NCBI GenBank assembly: GCA_965644265.1
Contig: OZ286462.1
Span: 38,254,001-38,318,000, forward strand
From: Glycera tridactyla
Taxonomy: Eukaryota
DNA: 64,000 nucleotides
Direction of reading: 5' to 3'
Position numbers and translations under genes: made by a program. Of this stretch, positions 25,901 to 38,970 are shown one piece after another (the first letter of the stretch is position 1; the number at the start of each line of letters is the position of its first letter). The notes under the pieces are model-generated. The model did not search any database and was not told the origin of the DNA. It was given only the letters and a program-made list of their open reading frames with translations.

Positions 25901-26693
25901 TACGAACATTTATTCCTTATAACACAAAGTTGGTAGTGTTGGTTTATTGTAGATGAACAAATTCATTTCATTTGCTTAGGTGACAATGCAATGAAAATTA
26001 ATCTGCTATGAGAATGCCATAATCTTTTCATATTGGTGAACTGATTCAATAAAATGCTTATTGATTTTAACAAAATGCTTTCTGAATCACTAAAATTATT
26101 TCCTTTTTGCCCAAATCATTCAATCGAAGATTTTCCATTATAGAGGGATCCCAACTTATACAACACAAGACCACTTTTTTTAGAAGACTTTGGTGACAAA
26201 TGAGGCAGTCTCTCGAAGCAGATTTCAGCATGCCTTGAAAACTTTGAATAACAGATAGCAGTTGAGTTCGGAGAAATGAAAAGTGCATATTCAGCCCACA
26301 TACCTAAAGATATGGGATAAATACTGTTGTAAACATTGTGCATGAAATATGGTACGTAATCAGTCGTCAGGAGGTGGAGTGTACTCAGTTACATTATTCA
26401 ACTTGTCGATCCGACCCCATGAATGAACATGCGACAAAACACGGCATGAAATCACACAATTGTCACATGTAATGCTACCACAATTCTGCGACTACATGAA
26501 AGTAGGAAACCACATCAACAATGAAGGGAATGCTATTCAAGTTCTCAGTTGAAGCATTAGACACAACTTGTGCAAGTCACCCAAGGTTTACATTCCACTT
26601 TTGTTGTCATGAAGTACTTTGTGAAATCCTCATTTTGTTGTTTTCAACATTGATTCATGCAAATTTTCCTCTGTACTGGCATGTACCACTCAC

Positions 26694-26725
26694 CGCGTCC
26701 GATGTTCATGTCAGCAGAAATGTTC
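26694..26725 (-). CDS. Candidate micro-exon (32 nt), NISADMNIGR
   Basis: Donor CG|GTGAGT, acceptor ACATTACAG; one open frame, phase 2 to 1. Confidence 0.25.
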
Positions 26726-27531
26726 CTGTAATGTCCTATCCTATGAAAATGGATATCCAAAATATATAAATCAGGCCAAATTTGTGCCAGGAATAGTTGT
26801 ATGAAGCTGCTCCATCCACCTCCGGAAACTAAAATTCCAGCCCAAAAAATGTGAACCAGTAAAATGGCAGTCACCTTCTACTGACTGGTGTATTCAAAGA
26901 ATGTCATCATAGAGATAATGATAGCATCAATCAAACTTTTTGAGTTGATTCACTCATGTGAATTCAAACGATTTCAAACCCAAACCCATTTGTTGCTGAA
27001 TGAAATCCTCTTTGGAAGACGAACCTAGATATTTGCCAACCTGTCAATGCTGAGATATAAAATTCACAACCACAGCCATCAGAGAAACATGACAGAAAAC
27101 ATAATCAAGAATACCAAAACATCTCTGATATCACCATAAAAGCTTATTAGTATTTGAAATCTGCAGGTAATTTCACCAAATGGCCTAATATTCTGGTGAG
27201 AGGGGTTAATGTCTGATACCGTGATGGGTACATTGGGGTGTAAGCTCACAGAGATGTTTTCTTCTGTTTACACGAACCACTATCAACATGAAAATAAAAT
27301 TTTGATCCCAAGCAATTTTTCTCAATACTACATCCTACATATTGCAGAAAAACTAATTTCAATGGGATTGAAAATTACTATGCAAAATCAAGACCTGGTA
27401 CTGACGACCTGTGAAAGAAAAGTTGCACAAGAATATTATGTCTTAACTCCTTGATGCTGAGATGCAATTACATTCTTATTTTGTTTTAAGATACAATATT
27501 CCCAGTGATCTACAGCAGTTGATAATGATGT

Positions 27532-27676
27532 TCAGTGAAAACTGTCTACAATGACCTTCGTAAGGGAGTTGTTCACTGTCGAAAATACTATCATAGTCAC
27601 AACTCAAGGTAGCCTTTGTAGTTAGGTTGCCTTTGCATGTGCCCTTTGAGTGGTCTCTCAGCCAGATTTCACTGTA
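27532..27676. mobile_element. Degraded family C-like MITE
   Basis: CAGTGAAAAC...GAAAATACTATC...CAAGGTAGCCTTTGTAG...TTTCACTGTA. Confidence 0.55.
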
Positions 27677-27705
27677 TTGATGAATACAATTTTCAATAAT
27701 GGACC

Positions 27706-27885
27706 TACAGTCTGACCTGTCCTAGGCAGCCACTGTACTAAGCAGCCACCTGCCCTAAGCAGTCACTTCTGAATTTCCCATCGGAGGGTTTTCCACTACA
27801 ATCAACCTACTCTAAGCAGCCACCTGCTCAAAGCAGCCACATTTTGCCTGCCAAATGGTGGCTGCTTAGGACAGGTTTGACTGTA
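27706..27885. mobile_element. MITE family D-like, full length
   Basis: TA-CAGTCTGACCTGTCCTAGGCAGCCAC ... GTGGCTGCTTAGGACAGGTTTGACTG-TA: ~26-bp imperfect TIRs. Confidence 0.9.
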
Positions 27886-30253
27886 ATTCCTTGGTGAACA
27901 CCTGACTATGCCAAAATGAGAAATAAATATCTATTCTCAACTAACTACTCCATCCTCAATTCAGGAAGCTGTATCAACAGAAAAAGAATATGTGGCCGTT
28001 AAGTGAAAATGCAGTACCAAACAACATGCAAATTTTGATGGATGTCAAACAACAAGTTTGGTAGATGCATCACGTTTTCACCTCACGGTTATATATTCTT
28101 GTGTTCATGAAATCATATCAAAGTATTTCTCACTGAGCTGTGAAGTATTGCATGCGATATTTAACTCCTATTACACCAATGAAAATGTCACATCTATGTG
28201 ATAAAAAGTAAGAATCATCAGAGGTCCTTGTGTGTTTGATAATTTGTTGATAATAATATTGATCAAAATACCTGAAACAAGTGGAAGTCATCCAGGAAAG
28301 TAATGATAATTGATAGCTTGCAGGAATGAGGTAGATCCATCTGCAAGTGGACACTGGGATGAGATTGAACTAATCACAATCTGCATTTACCATTGTGGCT
28401 GGGGATGATGGCATATTTACAACAGTTGTGTTTGGCTAATTCACTTTCAGCCTCACTGGTGATTGGTCAATATCTCCAGCACCCAGCGGACATGTTGCTG
28501 CCCGCATTAAGATACCAAATGAATTCTCGGAAATATGTGTCCATCCTTCATCTAGCTTATTCACAGAATAGAGAAAAATGAAGTCCTATAACATCTTTCT
28601 TTCTCACATAATTGAAATCACACAGAAGTCTTGGTTTCGAGACCTGAATCATATACATGCAAATATGTAGGTGTTGACAAAATTCACAGCCAAATCATCT
28701 TTACTCAATGACATTTCAGGATTTTTCTCATCATTGGCCCTATCCATTAAGGCCATCTGCCTACACACGACATTGTTTCAATCAACCTACGTCTTCAAAA
28801 TGAACACAGAATGTAAAGTTTGAAAGCTGGCTTGTGCACTTGGAGCCATCCTATTCCTAAATTTCAAATGATGGTGAGTCTTCTTACATTTGCCATAACC
28901 CACTGAAGTAACAATGAAAGTGGTTGTATCAATTACAAGTTTCAATGAGGCAAGGAAATTAGAGGATAAATTCATACTACAAAGTAAGTCATCTCGTATT
29001 TGTGCTTTGGTGTGTCGACCAAATCAAATATCATATGTCAAATAAAATTTGGAAATGTGGTCTCTCATCAGGGGTTTCATTCATCTGTTTGACAAACTCA
29101 TCAACTTCCTAAAGCCAACAAAATTGGTTGGATACACAACAAATATCCCACAGGCAGTGTCCACTCTGCCTACCACCCTACTCACATGATAGTGAGTGGA
29201 GCATTTCCGTGATTGATTGGTTGGTTGAATATCTCTCCTGGTCATCATCAGCTATGATATACATTTTGGTGAGATGCAACTGCACAACAAAATGACAGCT
29301 GTGAATGCGAATATATGATCCTATTCAAACACACACTATGAGGATATGAACTCATATCACCCAAGTTCATTTAGATGAGCCATCAAGACACTCCATTCTA
29401 GCTATTTCTAGAATGCAAGGGGACGTTCCTGAGTCAGCTGGGTTTTTCACAAGTGGACACAAGGGACAAGTCAAGGAGCAGAGCTTGAAGGAACTCGCAC
29501 TCTGGTTTATTGTCAGGCTCCGGTTCGTCCGACCATAGATGACATGAGGTGTTGTCATTGGTCAATTAGCCCAGATCAATGACAGGACATCAACACCGCT
29601 TCACCTATTCTATACCAGGTGGCAGTTTCTAACCTAACGAAATTATGTTTCACGATACACCATCAATATGTACAAATTAAACTTTCAGAAATCATCCGAT
29701 TTCTTGTGAATTACAACCTGGCATCTCCAGCATGGCACCTTCCGCCTAGCCTGTGGAGGAGCAAGCTGTCTTACACACTGAGCTATGTGGACCACTCAAA
29801 TTATCTACATTCACAATAGATGTTTAGGGTCATGATATGTTGGATGCATGCAGCATTAGTCACAATCGCCACTGATACAGACTGAGTACAGTATGATTTC
29901 AATACCCTATATATTTTGCATGAAGGTGTTGCTATGTGTGTTTTTTATTTCAAAAGGAATAAACATTTATCTCCCCCTGATTCATTCCCCATGCAAAGTC
30001 GAATGTTCGCTTTGTATGATTTATGATGAGCCTTTTGAAACTCTACGCACATTGCCATTACATAAATAGTGACAGTTTCATTGAAAGAAGAGATTTTGAT
30101 GATTTTGATAAGACATGGATGACTTAAGATTGCATCGATGGGTATGAAACTTTGATGAGATAGATCAGTTTAATTTAACGTGATTGCACATTTTAATTTT
30201 GTGCTGACAGCTAAGGAGTGAAAAAGATCATGAAGTTACATTCCGCAGCTCAC

Positions 30254-30290
30254 CACGGTCTACTGAGAGGAGTAAAACAGCTCGTGTACG
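30254..30290 (-). CDS. Candidate micro-exon (37 nt)
   Basis: Acceptor TATTATTGTGTTTTCTTCCAG and donor GTG|GTGAGC. Open as YTSCFTPLSRP (phase 1 to 2) or RTRAVLLLSVDR (phase 0 to 1). Confidence 0.3.
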
Positions 30291-30559
30291 CTGGAAGAAA
30301 ACACAATAATATATGAACAGCCACCAGAGGTACCTTCGCCACCAAACACCACCTATAAATATCCATAAAACAACAAGTAGGAAAATGAATGCAGACCTAG
30401 CAGAGATTTTCAGGTCCCATAAGCCAAGGCCAGATTACCAGGATGAAATAAATCCTCAACAACAACACTTGAATTATTCGAATAATTCCACACATGGATT
30501 CGCCATATCGTCATAAGTGACTGGAATTCTTGTTCCGCCCACCCACAATCAACGATAAT

Positions 30560-30850
30560 GGCCGAGATATGATTCGATAATGTACAGGCCTGATTTCACA
30601 CTTGGCTGCGGGGCAGAGGACATGACTTTGCGGACTCTGATCTCATTTGGATTTGAAATTGGGTGCACTCCCCGGAGCACTGTTATGTTGCACACATGTT
30701 GTCACTCTTCAGGTCAATGTGTATGGATCTTCCCGAAGCCAGACTCTTGCATTCCCAAAACACCCAACCTACGATTGTCTCCCAACAAACTGTATATCCT
30801 TGACCATTTTTCAAGGGATTGTAGTCAGAATACACATGATTACAAACATT
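30560..30850 (-). mobile_element. Degraded LINE apurinic-endonuclease N-terminal relic
   Basis: The frame LQSLEKWSRIYSLLGDNRRLGVLGMQESG resembles the KW..I..L....IGILALQET motif of L1/Tx1-type endonucleases; stops follow. Confidence 0.35.
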
Positions 30851-31981
30851 TTATTAGATATGTAAGAGAGGATTAACCTCATGGCAAGATTATTACTGTA
30901 TTGAATTGGGTGACATGGGTACGGATGCCTACTTCTGATGCTAAGACAGCCATGTAACTGACGAAATTGATGATCACTGGAATCATATCATCATTTGAAT
31001 AAAAACGTTTAGGACCATGACGGACTGTGGTTGGTTTTTTGGTTGGTAGGTTGGTCAATTGGTGGCTTGATTGGATTTAACATGTCAACCCAATAGATTA
31101 ACTATACTCTGTATTCCAGACCCATCAGCTTCAATGCAATGTTCCGTGGAGCCATCTTTCACAAAGAACACAATGTGATAGGGCACCAGGAATGTGATAG
31201 TAGCTGGTGGTCCAGATATACCTCTACCTACATCCAATAATACATACAAACTAATCGATGTGATAACCATATAACTAGCCACAGGCTGCCTATCAAGTCA
31301 AAAACAATTTTTTGAAAAGGGCACAGGATATGAAACAACGGACGGCATTAGGTTCTCAGAATATATAAACAAAATATTTAGTCATAAAATGGTTACTGGG
31401 GCTGCTGAATGTTTGATCATGATATTGTAGGTATAATTGCTTTATATGTATGTGTCAGTCCATACATATCTCTACCTATATCTCATAATGCATCTGGCTG
31501 ATCTAACCCATCATCATAAGCAGCTTAACAGTTCTATCTCCATTTCACTGTTTTGGGTATTTTCATCCGTCACAGATAATGTACGCACACATAAATGACT
31601 GAACAGCCATATGAATCAAATAGTTGGGAAAAATGATTTCATTTTGTATCATCATGCTATATGTTAATGAATGGTGAAAAAATGAATGCTAATTTGGGAT
31701 GGGCATGCAATAAGTACATTATGACATACAGGGAACCCGAGCTGCTGCGTTAACTTGATGGGATTCCCCTCTTTGATCTTGGCTTGCCAGCTACATGATT
31801 TTTCTCTCACATATATTTTTTCCTGATATGTCGTTGAGAAGGTCCAAAGTAGGTCACTGCTCTACTTCTATGTTCGTCTTCCTCGCACCATAAGTATCCA
31901 CTTACTTTGTATCAAAATATGAGCTATTCAAGAGCTTCGCTGGTTCCAACAATCGTCAATCTCACAAGCTATTTTGGTTTA

Positions 31982-32160
31982 TGGTAGAAACCTGCAATGA
32001 GAGACCCCCCAACAATAGACCACCTCTGACAGGAGACCGCTCATCCAGGGCAGCCATTCTTTTTGACATAGTCAAATATACTTCTGACGTGAGACCACCT
32101 CTTTGTAGAGACCCCTTTTTGGTGACATTTAGGGCGGTCTTTCATCACTGGTTTCACTGG
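31982..32160. mobile_element. MITE family B
   Basis: Colinear with 20783-20960 along its whole length; ends GGTTTCACTGG. Confidence 0.85.
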
Positions 32161-32278
32161 ATCATAGCTATGATATAAAGCAGAACTTGTTGATGCCTGA
32201 GGCTTTTAAAAGTGGTAAAATGGTGTGTACAGCCATGCTTATTATAGGTCAATATTGTTAACAAATATTGGCAAAAAA

Positions 32279-32738
32279 TTACTCCAGCAAGATGAAGGTG
32301 TCCCTTGAATCAAGTTTTCGGTCGATGCAAGTAATGCTTGGAACAATTTGGCGGTTCAATTCCAACCTGTCTACAGACCATGCTGATTCATCTGAAGGAG
32401 TGGCCTTTGTAGAGATGCTCTTCATCATATGAAATACTACTCCATTCAACACTTCAATATCTTCATAGGTAGGTGGCCCTTGATCAGAGGTGGTTGCATA
32501 AGCAGGTGATAGTTCATTCTGGGCAACATTTACGTCAAACACGTTTATGCTTGGAGCATCCTGAGATGTCTTATTCATAGACATGTTGGTGCTATAGGGT
32601 GAGGACCCCAATGTGATCTCAAATCCAGGTGTTTTTTGCAGAAACGTTGCTTCACTGCCGAAAAGAGTCTGAATGTCAACTCCATATTTCCCCTTGTGAA
32701 AAGACCCGTCGTAAATCTTTCCTTCAACTTGCTCAGTG
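32279..32738 (-). CDS. Candidate terminal exon, 153 open codons, with a PPTY (PY) motif; unknown product
   Basis: Longest non-repeat, non-gap, non-TE ORF in the window (32279-32749). An in-frame stop lies just upstream, so it must start at an acceptor (ATGTTGTGTAG| at 32738) or at the ATG at 32749. Confidence 0.4.
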
Positions 32739-33384
32739 CTACACAACATGTCTCAAGTAAAGCACAGCTCAAAACATATAATGTGTACCATTTCAATGTA
32801 GCCAAGACTGCATTCATTTTAGATGCAATGCTGAATATGGCTGGTGATGGATGTCTTCGTGACCATCAGAGTAGTTTCACAAAGGTCTGCATTTTACTAG
32901 ACATCTATGATGAAAAATGTTCTAATGTTACATTGCATGACAACATGTTTGCTGCATTCTGGCAGATGTAATGCATCAAAAGGATAATCACACTGATGCA
33001 CTGGAGAAAGAGGTATGGTGTGCACAGGTAACAGGTTTTATAAAGGGAATATACAGCTCAAGGTCCGTCACCATTATGGTATGAAACATGAACAAAGTCT
33101 GGAAAGAATACAATTTTCTGTGAGAGTCTTGCCATAAGCAATATGAGATTTGCTCCTCAAAAAATGATCTACCACATATAATCCTCTATGGGAAGTACTG
33201 AAGAAAAAACTCCTAAGCTCAAAAATAGATCAGACAAAATGAACAAGGATTCAACATTCATTAAACTAATGTAAAAAGGATGTCACTGATTTTGTTTTTC
33301 AAAATCTCAGTTGTCACATGTGCAGGGACCTCAATTTTGAGAGAATATTCTTGATAGAGTAAAACCTCTTTCAGGAGACTGCTC

Positions 33385-33506
33385 CAAATGCCAACCACAA
33401 ATGTTCTTTCAAGAGAGGTGGAGGTATATTTGACCATGCCAAACAGTAATGAACCAATGAAAAGCAGTCTCTCAAAAAAGGGGTCTCTCAACAAAATTTC
33501 ACTGTA
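33385..33506. mobile_element. Family B MITE remnant, reverse orientation
   Basis: GAGAGGTGGAGGTATATTTGACCATGCCAAA...GGGTCTCTC...ATTTCACTGTA. Confidence 0.6.
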
Positions 33507-34821
33507 TATCACATTCATCAGCTTGGATTCTGGTCTGTATTCAATCTCCCATGGACAAAGTTCACAACTTAACACCATAATTCATGAAGCCACCACTTGC
33601 TTTGGTGATCTGCTTCAATCTTGGCTTTTTCTTGCTCACTTCTTAGTACAGTTCTAGTGACCACTGAAAGCAGCCCATCTCCTGAGGTACACCTAATGCA
33701 TATCTGGCAAACAAACATTGTCAGTTTCACTTCTTTTGTATTCCAATGCTGAACCAAAGTGACAGGGAGTAATTCTGAGCTTGGGTGTTATCCTATCGCA
33801 TGAGAGTTTGAGTTTATCATGATTTTAATCAGAACACTGATGGTTCTTGAGAACTATTCATCATATAATTCATGTAGAAAATCTGAAAATCAATTTGACA
33901 TTACCTCGATATACAACACTTGATTCTGGTGTGTTTCATTACAGGAGTTGTAATTGCAAAAGAAACATGATTTTGTGATAGATTTCGTCATGGGTTTTGG
34001 ATGATCCGATGAGTGAGATTTCACTGCACTATACAAAGTTGCCCAATGCTGATATATACACAGTTTTACATACACTTCAACTACACTTGTTATCCATCAT
34101 TGATTCTCATCCACATCATAAACTAGAATTCTTGAAAGCGGGAAAAAACAGCAATGGTTTTGAAGAAGAGAAGATGAATGCAAGACACCAGGAGGCAGAA
34201 ATCAACATGTGCTAACAATTAGTTCAGATATAATTCTTTCAATGGTTGTTTCAATGTGGGATTCAGTATCTGTCATTCATACTTAGATGACAGTACTTAC
34301 AACCCCCACTCCTGCTACCCCCCACAATGACAGACAGCTGTCAACAATGTCACTCTTGTCAAACATGTATTCATCAATTAGCAGGTTTCCTTTGATTCCC
34401 TCCAGGAAAATTCTGGTGTTTTTCAACCATTTCCGTTTCAAAAGGCTGGATTTTTACAATATCAGCATTCATTAACCAGCATTCAATTATTAATTATTTT
34501 TTTTCTGAACACTTCAGAAATCACTTTATGTGAATAAGGATGATATGTCTGTTTTGAGATGGATGTCAAAGTTTGACCAATAGGGACCCCAGTGGTTTTA
34601 GCCCTACGAACATGAGCTTATTTCACTGAACGTCCACCATGGAAAGCTGAATGGATTGATGGAAGGATGGATGAACTGACAAGAGCACCTCTACACTGAG
34701 AACTTCCCTTATTCTTCACTGAAGAAGTGAGTGGATCATGGCCCCCCAGAATACATGATCATGAATATGAGTACAGACAAGTATCACAATAAGATGGCGA
34801 TGAATTGAAAGAGAAACTCAC

Positions 34822-34872
34822 CATGACAGGTTTGGTGGCTGGTTGATCTACCCAATGTCCCTATGTCACAAC
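34822..34872 (-). CDS. Candidate internal exon (51 nt, phase 1-1), CDIGTLGRSTSHQTCH
   Basis: Very strong acceptor CTTATTTTGTATTTTTGTTCGCTTGTTTCCAG and donor ATG|GTGAGT; the other two frames contain stops. Confidence 0.5.
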
Positions 34873-36242
34873 CTGGAAACAAGCGAACAAAAATACAAAA
34901 TAAGTTACTATTGTCCAAAGAAAATTGATCCAGGGCAACCAATGACAAGCTTCTACCTGCAACAAGCAGTTGCCTGCAATGAGTAAGAAAAATATCCCAA
35001 GAACACTTTCCGATCATCCTTCGCAAATATGCCTGCAGCTAACAAAGACGTCTCTAGAGACAATGAACCTGACATTGATGGACAGAAAACTTCTGGTGCT
35101 CTCTCAATCTCTGTTGAAGTGGTCTTTGTATATCATAGCTAGTCAAAGACTCTGAAATATGGTCACTCATAATCTAGTCCAGCATACTGAAAAGGTATGG
35201 TCACAGCTCATGAGAATAGTTATGGAGATTTCAATGAATCAATTTCATGAATCAAATTGGGGATTAGTGGGAGTGAATCAGATTCAGGAAAAATCAAGGG
35301 AAACTGGAGTTACGATATTGAGGATGCCAAACATTTGAAATTGTCACTGAGAATGGACTCAAGGAAAATATTCAAGATCAGATGCAAACTATGGGTAGCC
35401 TGATAGAAGGCAATCAATTTTCTAATGCACCTGGTCTTCATAACCTCAGCTATCATGTTCTAGTCATCATTTCGAAAAGAATTATCCTCCTATTTTTCAC
35501 TCCCTAGCATTGTTGGACTCTGTAGACCCATGCTTTCACACTCTTGAGATATCTCTGTCACCATGTCTTCAAAAAGTATAAACCAAATAATAACTCAAAA
35601 TAACTCCTGCTCAGCTGATCACCGATATAGCTGAACTCTTTCAAATATAAATGTGGTGGGTACATCTTACAAGCTAAATTCGCCATTTCGTATCCAATTT
35701 CAGTTTTTATGGCACAAATGGCTTTTGCAATGATCATTGGTTTCCGAAATCAACATATTTGCTGTTCTAAGGTGAAATAAACAAGGGAACTTCACCAAGA
35801 TCACATTTTTAGTCGCCCTAGTTGTGAAAAATGTCTGTCAGCGTACATGTATTTTGTATCAATTCAATTCAAATTTGTGAAGAATGTAGCCACCTCGATT
35901 TAACATATCCATAACACAAATGTCAAGTAAAGAAGGTCTGAGGGATCATAAGCTCAAGGTTATGTGAGTCAGAATGTTCCCCATTCCCCCAGTTTTTGCA
36001 ATGAAAAAACTAAAGATTATTCATTAAACCATAGAGTATTATCAATGTATAAAATGACCACCACCTAATCCAATGGTAGTGTCCAGAGCTGAGTAGGATA
36101 ACAGCCTCTATTTCTGTGAGACAGGGGGATGGGCTGGAGCTGTCTTCATGTAGGAGGTAGACCAATCTTTCTTGAGGCATCTCTCAGGAGGAAGCAACAC
36201 CTTGGCTCATTGATTTATCACAAGGTTTAAAACAGTATTTAC

Positions 36243-36910
36243 TAGTGATGTGCCGAAGTTCGATTATAATCGAATTTTATTCGATTGCTCCAACAAATCA
36301 AACATTTGAACACAAACTTGATGTTTGATCATTTGATTTCATAACCACCTGATACCACTTGACTGTTTATTTTGATGGTGGACACATCCACATCTGACCA
36401 CTATATCAGCTCACCTTAACCCCTTCAGTCTTCACCCCCCCCCCCCCCCCCCCCCATCCACATGCTGGAACATATGTGCTCTATGAGTGAATGGGAAATA
36501 ATTGGTTACCATGGAAACTCAATGAGGCCTGGTACAAGGCAAGTTCTCAGTTTCTATAATGTTATTGGCTCTACCCCTGGATAGAAGAATTTGCATGTGA
36601 AAGTGTATGAGTCCGAAAAATGGTAAATGTTATTGGCTCTACCCCTGAATAGAAGAATTTGCATGTGAAACTGTATGAGTCCGAAAAATGGTAAATGTTA
36701 TTGGCTCTACCCCTGAATAGAAGAATTTGCATGTGAAACTGTATGAGTCCGAAAAATGGTAAATGTTATTGGCTCTACCCCTGAATAGAAGAATTTGCAT
36801 GTGAAACTGTATGAGTCCGAAAAATGGTAAAAACCAAACATTGTTTGAAGTTCGTTTGGTTTTGAAAATCGAACTTCAAACTTGAAAAAAAAAATCAAAT
36901 CCCAACACTA
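36243..36910. mobile_element. Non-autonomous hAT-type element (E3) with internal minisatellite
   Basis: Ends TAGTGATG...CCCAACACTA; flanks GTATTTAC/ATATTTAC match at 7/8 positions; subterminal TTCGA motifs. Confidence 0.8.
36558..36829. repeat. Minisatellite, 4 x 68 bp, inside E3
   Basis: AATGTTATTGGCTCTACCCCTGAATAGAAG...GTCCGAAAAATGGTA starts at 36558, 36626, 36694 and 36762; copies 2-4 look identical. Confidence 0.97.
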
Positions 36911-37248
36911 ATATTTACACCCCTCAACCTTCCACTAGTCAAGCCATTTTTCCGCTCAAGTGATCCATTCAATGATTTGAATCTGTATTCAACAATGAAT
37001 GCTATGGTCTTGCATGAATATCATCACAAGTAGAATCATCGACACCATTTTTACCCCACACCTCCTCTTAATAGAAAGGACCCCAAAGCCTACTTCACTT
37101 GAATGAGGGTGAACACCTGCCTGGATTACATGCCCCAAGTCAGTTTAAATTCTTACAAAAACTTCACCAGTTAGAATATGCATTGGTTCATTTAAGTTCT
37201 TTCTGCATCATCAACAAATAATTCCTTGATGTGTTCATAAATGATTTG

Positions 37249-37266
37249 ATAATAATGATAATGATA

Positions 37267-37336
<70 letters not shown>

Positions 37337-37345
37337 CAATATTAT
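37249..37345. repeat. (AAT)n microsatellite
   Basis: Direct observation. Confidence 0.95.
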
Positions 37346-37755
37346 AACAGTATTATGTATGTGTGGTCATCAAATAGAATAAAAGTATCACAATCCAGAA
37401 TATCATCAGCGTCAAACATAGATTTATATAATGAGTAATGCTCATCTTTTCTTCGATCCATCTGAATTATATGAAACCTTCAAACATGCTAATCCAAAAG
37501 CATGATAAATGGGGCCTAAAAACTGTGATTTATGTGAACGCAGGTGGATGCAAACACTTTTCTCCACCATGAATTCATCTTCATCACTGAGTGTCTGGAA
37601 ACTGTCTGGCCACTAACTTCTCATGAAAAAGCCACAACTCACAATTTCAACCTCCCAACTACATGTATCTCAACTTGCAGTCTGAACGAGTACAATCTCT
37701 ATACAATAGTACTGCCCAATTTCTCAATGCAGGTTGGTGATTCACACATGTTGTT

Positions 37756-37917
37756 TGCAGTGAAACCTGTGAGATCACTGTATTTGTCTCCAAATAGGGT
37801 CACTCAAACCAGGTGGACTCGTGGCAGACATATATTTGAAAATGCCAGACAGAAAAACAGCTGGGAGAAAAGGTCACCTGTCAAAGGAGGCCTCTTATGT
37901 GGGAGTCTTTCACTGCA
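37756..37917. mobile_element. Family B MITE, reverse orientation, degraded; followed by a (TTTC)n/(TTCA)n tract to ~38145
   Basis: TGCAGTGAAACCTG ... TCTTTCACTGCA. Confidence 0.65.
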
Positions 37918-37995
37918 GATTCCCTTGTATTATAGTTCATATTTCATTCATTCATTCAATCATTTGTTTCTTTCTTCATTTCTTCATTTCTCTCT

Positions 37996-38035
<40 letters not shown>

Positions 38036-38207
38036 GCTTCACTCTTTCATACATTAATCTATCTAGCTATCCACCCACTAATTATTTCTTTCATTGATTT
38101 ACTCATTCTTTCATCCATCTATCCCTTCATTTATTTCTTTATCAATTGATGACATAATTTGAGGATAGTTATATTGGTTGGTCATGACCCTAGTACAATC
38201 TTTCTGA

Positions 38208-38372
38208 AAAGTTGAACCTGCCCTAGAGGCCTACTCTTTAGTGAACTCTTAACACAACTTTTTGTAATAGTTTTTACTGAGAATCATCCAAATACATGTA
38301 TGAAAGGCCCATAGGCCAACAAAAGCCACTTTCCCATATGACCAAAGGTGGCCTGGGTATACAGGTATCACT
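38208..38372. mobile_element. Degraded family C-like MITE
   Basis: AGTTGAACCTGCCCTAGAGGCC...AAAGCCACTTT...AAAGGTGGCC...TACAGGTATCACTAT. Confidence 0.45.
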
Positions 38373-38943
38373 ATTCCATTCAATTGAGAGGGATGCTGCC
38401 CTACCACTTGTGCATATGTTCAACTATGTCCACTTATGCAGATGCAACTTACTGGAGGCAGGCTGCTGAGGTGAATGCATCTAAATAAAGCTGTATGCAT
38501 CTAAATAGAGCTGTGACCCCTCTACAAAGGATTTGTCTACTAAGAACACATTATTTTTCAAATTGAGGGTGGACTTTGATGAAAGGGTTGACCGTATGAA
38601 GTTGTAGGTCTTGTGTCTAGAACTGTATGTACTCCTAACAAGCACCACCCATTTATCTGACGCAGAAATATTCTTTGAGCTCCTAATACATTAGCTATTT
38701 TGGGTCATGTTCATTTCTATATCCATCAAGAGATGAGAATTATCTTTGATGAATAGAGAAAATGGAACTGAAATGAAACACTGCTCGCTTTTTCTTGTCA
38801 TGCAACAAAAGAGATGAACTGTCTAATTGAATTATGATGCAAATATATAGCAGACAATGGTTTCTCCAAGTCCTCATGTGTGAAATGAGCATAACAGCTG
38901 TCCATGATGGTGATGGTTCTCACAAGAAAGGCAAAGCACTTAC

Positions 38944-38970
38944 ATCTCTGCATCTGAAGTTTTGATCCAC
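38944..38970 (-). CDS. Candidate micro-exon (27 nt)
   Basis: Acceptor CCCAGTTTCAG and donor GAT|GTAAGT. All three frames are open, so the frame is unresolved. Confidence 0.25.

Noticed and set aside
25495-25956. 153-aa ORF (also 11244-11696 and 61840-62265)
   Set aside because: Composition is random-like, the first two include repeat sequence, and the lengths are within chance expectation for a window of this size.
29367-29558. GIY-YIG-like words here (IYGRTNRSL) and at ~35060-35150 and ~45810-45870
   Set aside because: Isolated short motifs without the rest of the domain.
36558-36829. Regular repeats (also 54405-54917 and 59611-59941) as possible CRISPR arrays
   Set aside because: The units are contiguous with no unique spacers, there are no cas genes, and the context is eukaryotic.
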